From assembly GCF_001314605.1 (NCBI RefSeq), contig NZ_LIHP01000012.1, positions 24,080 to 56,079 of the forward strand: 32,000 nucleotides of DNA, given 5' to 3'. Positions within the stretch are counted from its first letter, which is position 1. Each line of letters begins with the position of its first letter. The notes below the pieces were generated by a model that did not search any database, had not been told where the DNA came from, and saw only the letters and a program-made list of their open reading frames with translations. The position numbers and the translations under genes are program-made. Positions 24,239-32,000 of the stretch are shown piece by piece. The DNA comes from Marinobacter sp. HL-58. GTDB taxonomy: Bacteria > Pseudomonadota > Gammaproteobacteria > Pseudomonadales > Oleiphilaceae.

Positions 24239-25246
24239 ATGATGAAAAAGATAGCGATCAATGGTCTGGGCCGGATCGGCCGCATGGCACTCCGGATCAT
24301 CATGGACGAGCCAGAACTGGAGGTAGTTGCCGTAAATGACCTGACGCCGCTGGACAATCTGGTCTACCTGCTACGCTATGATTCAGTTTATGGCCGGTAT
24401 CACAAGGAAGTGCGGAGCAGTGACGGATATCTTGAGGTGGACGGGCAGCCTGTTCGTGCCTTTTCAAACGGCGATCCGTCAACCCTGCCCTGGCGCGAAC
24501 TTGATGTTGATCTGGTTCTCGAATGCACCGGCGCCTTTCGCACTCAGAGCGACCTGGAGAAGCATATCAAGGCCGGCGCCCGACGCGTGATTCTGTCCGC
24601 CCCGGGCAAAGGTGGCAATATTCCATCGGTGGTTTACGGAGTCAACGAACTGGAGGATGGAGCGCCGGCCTGCTTTTCAACCGCCAGTTGCACAACCAAC
24701 TGTATCGCTCCGGTGGTGGAAATTCTCCACCGTCATATCGGCATACAGAAGGCGATGCTCACCACTGTCCATGCCTATACCGCCAGCCAGGGTATTGTCG
24801 ATATGCCGGGCAAGAACATGGAAAGAGGCCGCACTGCCGGGCTCAACATAATTGTCACTACAACGGGCGCCGCCTCCGCCACCGGTGATGTCCTGCCGGA
24901 ACACAAAGGACGTTTCGACGGCGCCGCCGTCCGGGTGCCCGTCGCCACCGGGTCCCTTTCTGATCTCACCCTGGTTACCGGGCGCAAAACAACCGTTGAA
25001 GAAGTTAACAATATCTTCATACAGGAAGCACAGACTTCCCGTTATCAGGGAGTGCTTGGCATAGCCGAGGATCCCATCGTGTCATCTGATACTATTGGTG
25101 ATCCCCGTGCAGCCATTGTCGATATCCGTTCTACTCGTGTTGTCGACGGCGACCTGATCAAGGTTTTCGCCTGGTACGATAATGAATGGGGCTATGCTAG
25201 CCAAATGGTCAAGCAGGCCATAAAGACTCTGGCGTCAGGAACTTAA
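24239..25246 (+). CDS. gap: type I glyceraldehyde-3-phosphate dehydrogenase
   Basis: INGLGRIGR (NAD binding), catalytic ASCTTNCIAPVV, and WYDNEWGYA. 335 aa. Confidence 0.95.
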   Translation: MMKKIAINGLGRIGRMALRIIMDEPELEVVAVNDLTPLDNLVYLLRYDSVYGRYHKEVRSSDGYLEVDGQPVRAFSNGDPSTLPWRELDVDLVLECTGAFRTQSDLEKHIKAGARRVILSAPGKGGNIPSVVYGVNELEDGAPACFSTASCTTNCIAPVVEILHRHIGIQKAMLTTVHAYTASQGIVDMPGKNMERGRTAGLNIIVTTTGAASATGDVLPEHKGRFDGAAVRVPVATGSLSDLTLVTGRKTTVEEVNNIFIQEAQTSRYQGVLGIAEDPIVSSDTIGDPRAAIVDIRSTRVVDGDLIKVFAWYDNEWGYASQMVKQAIKTLASGT

Positions 25247-25261
25247 ATAAAGGAGTGTTCA

Positions 25262-26278
25262 ATGACATCATCAGCCTCGATACAACTGCATATAGCCAAT
25301 GCTATCCCGCCGGGAAACGAGAAAGAAACCAGTGATATTATCGCCCTGTGGCAGGAGGTCAGCGGTTTTTTCGCTGACAAGTCTTTTTCAAGCCGCAGCG
25401 ACTTCAGAGGCGACGTCCATGATTATCACGTCACCCTGGATGCCGGGCCATTGCTGAAGGCACTGGAGAACGCAAGAACCGAGTCAGGTTCTTTTACAGA
25501 GCATCAGCAAGCCTTCATCGACGATGCCGGCAAAATCATGGAGGGGGGGCTGATCATTACCATCGCCAGCGAAAAACAGGAACTGGCGGAAGAGGAAAGC
25601 TATCAGGTAGCAACAGCCTTTATTCAGCAACTGGTCATGGCTACCCACATTGCCTGCCCCGGTTCTTTTCAGATCCTAAATGCCCGGTTTCTTGGCGAAA
25701 ACGCGCACCTCTATGAAGCACAGCACTTTGACGCCAGGATATTTTACGGCGCCTACAAGACTGCCATTGAAAACGAGTGGCCAAAACTCCGGAATCTGGC
25801 TTTCGGTGAAGTCTGGAACTGGCTGGAGGGCACTGAAGTCAGCCAGACCTATACTGCGATCAAAAGCATCGACAAGAGCCTTTTCACTCTTCTCAAAGTG
25901 GCCGAGCAACGAAACGAGTACAGCGCCCGGACAGCCCTGCTGGTCATGTATCAGATAGAGGTTCTGCTCGACTGCCGGCAGTTCAACTCACTGGAGGATG
26001 TCCGGAACCGCACCCGGCTGGTGCTGGGCAATATTCCTGAGGCGGCAGACTGTCTCCAGGAATTGCACGAAGTGCGCAATCACCTGTTTACAGCCAATCA
26101 GCCTGTGCATCCACCAATGCTGATTTGCCACACCGCCGAAAGGGCTCTGAGAGAACAGCTGGGCCAGCACAACAGTGCTGTTGAATCCGGCACAGCGCTG
26201 GTATTGAAGCTGTTCCAGGACCTGGTAGCGCATGGCGCCTACCGTTACAGGTTTACCGAGAGCTTTACCCGGGATTGA
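25262..26278 (+). CDS. hypothetical protein, no family recognised
   Basis: 338-aa ORF with SD AAAGGAG 6 nt upstream, starting 15 nt after the gap stop. No convincing ORF on the opposite strand. I recognise no motif. My spot counts of 60-nt lines give about 47-55% GC, versus about 62% for a malQ line. Confidence 0.65.
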   Translation: MTSSASIQLHIANAIPPGNEKETSDIIALWQEVSGFFADKSFSSRSDFRGDVHDYHVTLDAGPLLKALENARTESGSFTEHQQAFIDDAGKIMEGGLIITIASEKQELAEEESYQVATAFIQQLVMATHIACPGSFQILNARFLGENAHLYEAQHFDARIFYGAYKTAIENEWPKLRNLAFGEVWNWLEGTEVSQTYTAIKSIDKSLFTLLKVAEQRNEYSARTALLVMYQIEVLLDCRQFNSLEDVRNRTRLVLGNIPEAADCLQELHEVRNHLFTANQPVHPPMLICHTAERALREQLGQHNSAVESGTALVLKLFQDLVAHGAYRYRFTESFTRD

Positions 26279-26345
26279 GTCTCTGGCATCGCCATTCGGG
26301 ATGCCTGATCTTATAAGAGACCATTGTCGATAAGGAGCAGCTGAT

Positions 26346-27296
26346 ATCAACGCCATCGTTACTCTCTGCATAAAACCCGCAATCGATCTGTTTTGCGAAA
26401 CTGAGCGACTGGTCGACGACAGCAAGAGTCGGTGCCGGATTACGGCCCGCGAGCCCGGCGGTGGCGGTATCAATGTCGCCCGCAACCTCCACGGCATGGG
26501 GGCGGATGTCCTGGCCGTTTTCGCGGCCGGCGGAGAAAACGGCAGACACCTTCGGGAAATCCTGCAGCAGGAGGGAGTTCCCGTTCATTGCTTGGACATC
26601 GCCGACGACACCTGCCAGAACATCGGCCTTACTGAAGCATCCACCGGAAAGATGTACCACCTGGTATTTCCGGGACAGCAACTGAACGAATCCGAATGGC
26701 AAAACTGCCTTGATTTCCTGCATAACATCGATCCGGCGCCGGGTTATCTGGTGCTCAGCGGAAGCCTGCCCGAAGGCGCCCCCGATGATTTTTATGGCCG
26801 TATCGCTTTGGACGCCAGGAAGAGAGGCATCAGGACGATATTGGACACTTCCGGCAGGGCATTGGCTGCCCCACTCAAGACCGGCGTCTATCTGGCCAAG
26901 CTCAATTGTGGTGAGTTTGTTGACAGTGGTTATACCGGCAGCCTCGAGGACTACAAGAGCATGCTTGCCGCCATGGCTGAAATGGTGGCAGACGGCATGG
27001 CCGAGGCACTCATTGTCACCCTGGATGCAGACGGCGCTTTACTGGCAACCCGCGCCGGCGACAGGCTCCATGTGCGGCCGCCAAAAACAGAAGTGGCAAG
27101 CCATGTGGGAGCGGGGGACAGTTTTGTTTCGGTGCTTGTATACAAGTTGCACCGGGGGAAGTCGCTGGTGGAAGCTTATCAATACGGTGTGGCAGCAGCA
27201 GCGGCCAAGGTGCAGATACCGGGCAATCACCTCAGCAACTTGGCGCTGGTTGAGGATATCTATCGACAGATAGAAAGCCAAACCGAAGATGAATGA
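26346..27296 (+). CDS. pfkB: PfkB-family sugar-phosphate kinase (closest by eye to 6-phosphofructokinase II / 1-phosphofructokinase), apparent non-canonical ATC start
   Basis: From 26346 the frame reads (I/M)NAIVTLCIKPAIDLFCETERLVDDSKSRCRITAREPGGGGINVARNLHGMGADVLAVFAAGGENG.... This is colinear with E. coli PfkB (MVRIYTLTLAPSLD...EPGGGGINVAR...FPAGG). Later motifs are LSGSLPEG and VGAGDSFV. An in-frame TAA sits at 26331-26333. There is no ATG/GTG/TTG until ATG 26496, which would delete the first 50 aa. AAGGAG (26332-26337) lies 8 nt before ATC 26346. Confidence 0.8.
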   Translation: MNAIVTLCIKPAIDLFCETERLVDDSKSRCRITAREPGGGGINVARNLHGMGADVLAVFAAGGENGRHLREILQQEGVPVHCLDIADDTCQNIGLTEASTGKMYHLVFPGQQLNESEWQNCLDFLHNIDPAPGYLVLSGSLPEGAPDDFYGRIALDARKRGIRTILDTSGRALAAPLKTGVYLAKLNCGEFVDSGYTGSLEDYKSMLAAMAEMVADGMAEALIVTLDADGALLATRAGDRLHVRPPKTEVASHVGAGDSFVSVLVYKLHRGKSLVEAYQYGVAAAAAKVQIPGNHLSNLALVEDIYRQIESQTEDE

Positions 27297-29966
27297 CATG
27301 AAAAACATGTCAACCGAACTGATTGCCACCTACCGTCTGCAACTTCGTCCCCAGTTCAGACTGAAACACGCCGCCCGGGTTGTACCCTACCTGGCCCGGC
27401 TTGGTATAAGTCACGTCTATCTCTCTCCCTGTCTACAGTCAGTCAGAGGCAGTGAGCACGGATATGATGTAACTGATCCCACTCGGGTAGACGTTGAGCT
27501 CGGCGGAGAGGCGGGTCGCCTGCACCTGTGTTCTGTACTTGAGAAATGGAACATGAACCTGGTGCTGGACATTATTCCCGAGCATATGGCCATTGCCGGT
27601 GACCAGAATCCCTGGTGGTGGGATGTCCTCAAGAACGGCCCCTCAAGCCGCTTTGCCCGGTTCTTTGACGTGGACTGGATGGCATCGGAAGAGCGCTGGC
27701 CCAATAAAGTCATGCTGCCATTACTGGGCGATCACTACGGGCGAATCCTTGAAGCAAAGGAACTGCAGCTGGAACAGCGGAATGGCATGTTCACACTCCA
27801 TTACCATGAACATTCTTTTCCTCTGGACCCTTCGAGCCTGGGGGCGTTGCTGGGCGCCGCCGGCAAGCAGGCCGGCTCGGAACTTCTGGAGTTTATTGCC
27901 GAGTCCTGCAACCGTCTCCCCCGTCCCGACGTCCGTAATCCGGGCCTTGCCCAGCGCCGCTATCGCGACGAGCAGGTCATCATGCAGTTGCTTACCCGCC
28001 TCTGTATCGAGGATATAGATACGACAGCCGCCCTGGATGCCGAGGTGACCCGCTACAATACGGACCCTGACCTGCTGGACGGACTGCTCGACAGACAGAA
28101 TTACCGCCTGGCCTTCTGGCGTGCCGCGCGACATGACCTCGGTTACCGGCGTTTCTTCGATATCAACGAACTCGCCGGTCTGCGGATGGAAGATGAAGAG
28201 GTATTTCAGGCCGTACACACCCTCCCCCTCACCTGGGTGAAACAGGGTACGGTACAGGGCCTTCGTATTGACCATCCCGATGGGCTGCGGGATCCCGGTC
28301 AGTACTTTCATCGCCTGCGGCAGAGCTGTCCGGACACCTGGATCGTGGCGGAAAAATTCTCGGGCGAAGCGAAAGCCTGCCCGCCGACTGGCCGATTGAT
28401 GGCACCACCGGGTATGACTTTCTCAATCTGGTTGGCGGACTGTTTGTAGATCCCCGAGCGGAGCAGCATCTGACCCGGCTGTTCAGGGAAGTAGCCGACG
28501 ACTCCGCTGACTTCCCCGGCCTGGTTCTCGACTGCAAGGAACAGATCCTCCGGGAATCGCTGGCAAGTGAGCTGAATCGGCTTACGTCTCTGTTTACAGA
28601 CATTTGTGAGCGGCACCGTCGCCACCGGGACTATACCCGTGACCAACTCTACCGGGCGCTGCTGGCGGTGGCCACCTGCTTTCCCGTGTACCGCACCTAT
28701 GTGAGCAGTGGAAACGGGAGCGTATCGGATGCAGACCGACGCTATATACTCAAGGCGGTCGAACAAGCACGCGCCCGTCAACCGGAGATAGACCCGGAAC
28801 TTTTTTCCTTCCTCCACGAGCTGCTTCTACTGCAACATTCCGGTGATCTGGAAGCCGAGCTGGCCCTGCGATTCCAGCAACTGACAGGCCCCGCCATGGC
28901 CAAAGGTATGGAAGACACCGCCTTCTACCGGCATTTCCGGCTGGTGAGCCTCAACGAGGTGGGCGGTGACCCGAGCCATTTTGGCGTCACTCCGGCCGAG
29001 TTCCACAATGCCTGCCAGCAGGCACTGAGCAGCCACCCGAGGACAATGCTGGCGACGGCCACCCATGACACCAAACGGAGCGAAGACGTACGCGCCCGCC
29101 TGATGTTGCTGTCGGAGATCCCCGTGCAATGGGGCGAGGCCGTGCACCGCTGGATGCACCACAACCGACGACATCGCCGCCAGGGCCTTCCCGATCCGGC
29201 CATTGAATACCTGATCTACCAGACGCTGGTCGGTGCCTGGCCGATCAGTACCAGCCGCATGTGCCTCTACATGGAAAAGGCCGTACGCGAGGCCAAGAAA
29301 CATACCTCGTGGACCTGCCCGCAGGCGGACTATGAATCGGCGGTGCAGGATTTTGTTGAGTCGATCCTCGCGGACAAGGCCTTTTGTACTGACCTTGAGG
29401 ATTTTCTGGCACCACTGCAAAGCGCCGGGCGGATCAACAGCCTGGCTCAGACCCTGCTCAAATGCACCGCACCCGGGGTACCCGACATCTACCAGGGTAC
29501 CGAGCTGTGGGAGCACAGCCTGGTAGACCCGGACAACCGCCGGCCAGTAGATTTCGAGACTCGCACCGCGCTGCTGTCGGAACTGCCGGACCTGGATTGC
29601 GAACAGATCATGGCCCGCACCGATGTCGGCCTGCCCAAGCTGTGGCTCGTTCACCAGGCACTGCATCTGCGGCACCGGTGTCCGCAGGCTTTCGGTGCCA
29701 ACGGCGAATACACTCCCATTGAGGCTACCGGCAGCAAGGCCAATCATGTCATCGCCTTTTTACGGGGGAACAACGCTCTGACACTGGTACCCCGCCTGGT
29801 TATCGGGCTCGGTAATGACTGGGACAGCACTCATATCCGGGTGCCTGCCGGTCACTGGCGCAATCTGCTGACGGGAGAAACCGTTGAAGGGGGTAGTGTT
29901 CCTGTTGCCAGGCTACTGGCCCGGTTTCCGGTGGCCCTGCTCAGCCAGGCGGAGCCGGAACTGTGA
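27289..29966 (+). pseudogene. treY: malto-oligosyltrehalose synthase TreY (GH13), reading frame broken by a -1 shift at the A5 run 28352-28356 (or a homopolymer sequencing error)
   Basis: Frame 1 (27289..28449) reads ATYRLQL, ISHVYLSP, GYDVTDP, LDIIPEHM, GLRIDHPDGL, ...WIVAEK, then 31 unrelated codons and a stop. In the -1 frame from A28356 the text continues ILGRSESLPADWPIDGTTGYDFLNLVGGLFVDP...CFPVYRTYV...THDTKRSEDVR to 29966. Joined at the A-run, this gives an ~892-aa TreY-sized protein. The track shows the two halves as 27289..28449 and 28668..29966. Confidence 0.88.
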
Positions 29967-31681
29967 ACCTTCGCGTATGGGCGCCCAACGCCCGCCGGGT
30001 CGAGGCGGAACTCGCCGGCATCCGCAAGCCAATGCAACCTGCAAATGGCGGCTGGTGGCAACTGCAAACCACCTTGAGCCACGGCACAGACTATGCCTTC
30101 CTGCTGGACGGTGAAGGGCCTTTTCCGGACCCACGTTCCCCCTGGCAACCTCAGGGCGTGCATGGCCCCTCCCGCCATGTAGACCACCGGCGTTTTGCCT
30201 GGAAGGATAGCGGCTGGCGCGCACCACCACTTGCTGCGGCCGTTATCCAGGAGATCCACATCGGCACCTTTACCCCTGAAGGCACCTTCGATGGTGCCAT
30301 CGGGCGCCTGGATCACCTGATTGACCTGGGCATTACCCACGTCGAGCTGATGCCGGTGGCGGAATTCCCCGGCGATCGCGGCTGGGGCTACGACGGTGTT
30401 GACCTGTACGCTCCCCACCGGGCCTACGGCGGCCCCGAGGGCTTCAAGCGCCTGGTGGACGCCTGTCACCGCAAGGGGCTGGCGGTGCTGCTGGATGTGG
30501 TCTATAACCACCTGGGCCCGGACGGTAATTACCTGGCCCGCTTTGGCCCCTACTTCACCGATGCCTACACGACTCCCTGGGGGGATGCCGTCAACCTGGA
30601 CCGGGCCGGCAGTGATCAGGTCCGCGACTTCCTGATTGACAATGCGCTCATGTGGCTGCGGGACTACCATGTTGACGGGCTGCGCATAGACGCCGTCCAC
30701 GCCATCTTCGACAGGTCGGCTCTGCATTTCCTTGAAGAACTCCAGCAGGCAGTAACGGCACTGGAAGCACAACTGGGACGACACCTGGTATTGATCGCCG
30801 AGAACGACCTCAACGATCCGCGGCTCCTGCACCCGCCCGGTGCCGGTGGCTACGGCCTGGACGCCATGTGGAACGAGGACTTTCACCATGCCCTGCACAG
30901 CCTGCTGACTGGCGAAAGGCACGGCTACTACCAGGATTTCGGCCCCATTGCCGACCTGGCCAGGACACTGTCCGGAGCACTGGTCTACGATGGCCGCTAT
31001 TCCCGATACCGTCAGCTGCGGCACGGGCGACCTGCCACCGGGCTGTCAGGGCGCAGCTTTATCGGCTTCCTGCAGAATCATGACCAGACAGGCAACCGGC
31101 CCCACGGTGAGCGTAGTGCTCACCTTCTTTCAGAGGAGTTGCTCCGTATAGGTGCGGCACTGGTACTGACGGCCCCCTTTGTGCCCCTGTTGTTCCAGGG
31201 AGAGGAGTGGGGCGCAAGTACACCTTTTCAGTACTTTACCGACCACCAGGACGCGGAGCTGGCACAAAAAGTGCAGGAGGGCCGGCGCAAAGATTTTGCG
31301 GCTGCAGGCACCACCAGTATTCCCGATCCCCAGGCCCCGGACACCTTTGCACGTTGCCGCCTGAACTGGCAGGAACAGGAGCATCCGCGCCATGCCGGCC
31401 TGCTCGCCTGGCACAAGGCACTGATTCATTTACGTCGCACCATACCGGCACTGAGCAACGATCGTTTCGACAATATTAAAGTCAGCTTTGATGAGGGTGC
31501 CCGCTGGCTGCTTCTGGAACGGTCAGGGGTCATCATTGCCTGTAACCTGAATCAGGCCGGACAGAGAATCCATCATCGGGGGCTGAAGTCTGCACAGCTG
31601 TTGCTCGCTTCCCGGAACGGAGTGGTAGTAGAGGACGAAGACATTATTCTGCCGGGTGAATCCGTAGCGATTTTGGGATAA
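29963..31681 (+). CDS. treZ: malto-oligosyltrehalose trehalohydrolase TreZ (GH13)
   Basis: 572 aa with GH13 regions DVVYNHLGPDGNY, GLRIDAVHAI, IAENDLNDP, FLQNHDQTGN. The GTG start overlaps the treY stop (GTGA at 29963-29966). Confidence 0.93.
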   Translation: MNLRVWAPNARRVEAELAGIRKPMQPANGGWWQLQTTLSHGTDYAFLLDGEGPFPDPRSPWQPQGVHGPSRHVDHRRFAWKDSGWRAPPLAAAVIQEIHIGTFTPEGTFDGAIGRLDHLIDLGITHVELMPVAEFPGDRGWGYDGVDLYAPHRAYGGPEGFKRLVDACHRKGLAVLLDVVYNHLGPDGNYLARFGPYFTDAYTTPWGDAVNLDRAGSDQVRDFLIDNALMWLRDYHVDGLRIDAVHAIFDRSALHFLEELQQAVTALEAQLGRHLVLIAENDLNDPRLLHPPGAGGYGLDAMWNEDFHHALHSLLTGERHGYYQDFGPIADLARTLSGALVYDGRYSRYRQLRHGRPATGLSGRSFIGFLQNHDQTGNRPHGERSAHLLSEELLRIGAALVLTAPFVPLLFQGEEWGASTPFQYFTDHQDAELAQKVQEGRRKDFAAAGTTSIPDPQAPDTFARCRLNWQEQEHPRHAGLLAWHKALIHLRRTIPALSNDRFDNIKVSFDEGARWLLLERSGVIIACNLNQAGQRIHHRGLKSAQLLLASRNGVVVEDEDIILPGESVAILG

Positions 31682-31711
31682 ACCCATCATAAACCGCACA
31701 GGGAGAGAATC

Positions 31712-32000
31712 ATGATCCGGGAAGCGACCACGACCATGGCACCCTTTATCATCAAGGACTGTGCCCTTATTGCCCTGGCCACGGGGAAGAGGGTGCAGAA
31801 TCTCAAGGAACTGCGGGATCACCTGGAAGTGGTTCCTCATAGCAGCCTCTATTACCATTTCTGGGGCGGCCTTCTGCACCCGGGTTTTGAGGAACGGGAA
31901 TATGGCAACGATCTCGGGGAGTGGGCCAAACATGGCCTCCACGATGCCAGCCTGGCGGAGAGACTCGCCGTCATCGATCCCTCCAGTTTCGACGACACGG
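31712..32000 (+). CDS. small conserved hypothetical protein (5' part; runs off the right edge)
   Basis: Not in the track because it has no stop in the window. My translation from ATG 31712 (GGGAGAG 4 nt upstream) is MIREATTTMAPFIIKDCALIALATGKRVQNLKELRDHLEVVPHSSLYYHFWGGLLHPGFEEREYGNDLGEWAKHGLHDASLAERLAVIDPSSFDDT, open for 96 codons. It resembles small proteins I recall next to alpha-glucan gene clusters (possibly the DUF5752 family), but I cannot verify that here. Confidence 0.55.
   Translation, partial: MIREATTTMAPFIIKDCALIALATGKRVQNLKELRDHLEVVPHSSLYYHFWGGLLHPGFEEREYGNDLGEWAKHGLHDASLAERLAVIDPSSFDDT

Noticed and set aside
26060-26115. HEPN-like RNxxxH motif in the 338-aa orphan protein (ELHEVRNHLFTANQPVH)
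   Set aside because: The residue at the expected His position after R-N is Thr. The nearby His residues are at the wrong spacing for Rx4-6H. Evidence is insufficient to call a nuclease or toxin domain.
28351-28358. Programmed -1 ribosomal frameshift in treY
   Set aside because: This is kept only as a minor possibility. The site is not a canonical X-XXY-YYZ heptamer, and I see no downstream stem-loop or internal SD stimulator. Homopolymer miscounts are a common sequencing artefact.
1-32000. CRISPR arrays, tRNA/rRNA genes, IS elements, integrases, phage or toxin-antitoxin/defence modules
   Set aside because: I noticed no spaced direct repeats, no tRNA-like cloverleaf signatures in the few intergenic regions, and no transposase- or integrase-like ORFs. 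The window looks like core metabolic and stress chromosome rather than a mobile island.

Overview
Chromosomal segment that looks proteobacterial, about 58-60% GC by eye. It is almost entirely coding, with only about 1.2 kb non-coding. I call 22 protein genes and saw no rRNA, tRNA, CRISPR array, IS or integrase. Gene order: tadA (partial, -); phasin-phaC (PHA synthesis, +); hsp20 plus a small zinc-ribbon ORF (+). Next is a ~13-kb tightly packed minus-strand string: LigD-type 3'-phosphoesterase, LigD-type polymerase, HAD(beta-PGM-like)/trehalose-phosphatase fusion, GH65 phosphorylase, ppsA, P-type ATPase, glgB. Divergent from it is a BRCT-less NAD+-dependent DNA ligase (+), followed by a Pcm/erythromycin-esterase-like fusion (+). 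Last is a plus-strand string: GH57, malQ, gap, unknown 338-aa protein, pfkB-like kinase, treY, treZ, and a small conserved ORF that runs off the window. Main hunt result: a TTGAY-N4-RTCAA palindrome (FNR/ANR/FixK-type box, one copy a perfect TTGAT-N4-ATCAA) lies in the 5' non-coding region of all five transcription units, and I found it nowhere else by eye. Two of these promoters share a 44-bp module (36/44 identical). This suggests one oxygen-limitation 'storage polymer + macromolecule repair' regulon covering PHA, glycogen/trehalose, alpha-crystallin Hsp20, protein isoaspartyl repair and DNA end repair. Second result: LigD PE and Pol domains occur as stand-alone genes with no ATP-ligase domain and no Ku in the window, placed head-to-head with an NAD+ ligase that lacks BRCT. 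This may be an undescribed repair module. Other oddities: pfkB can only encode its conserved N-terminus by starting at an ATC codon behind a strong SD. treY is split by a -1 frameshift in an A5 run. An OtsB1-like domain set is split over two overlapping genes. A lower-GC orphan gene sits inside the sugar operon. All functional calls come from motifs and family recognition by eye; no database search was possible.
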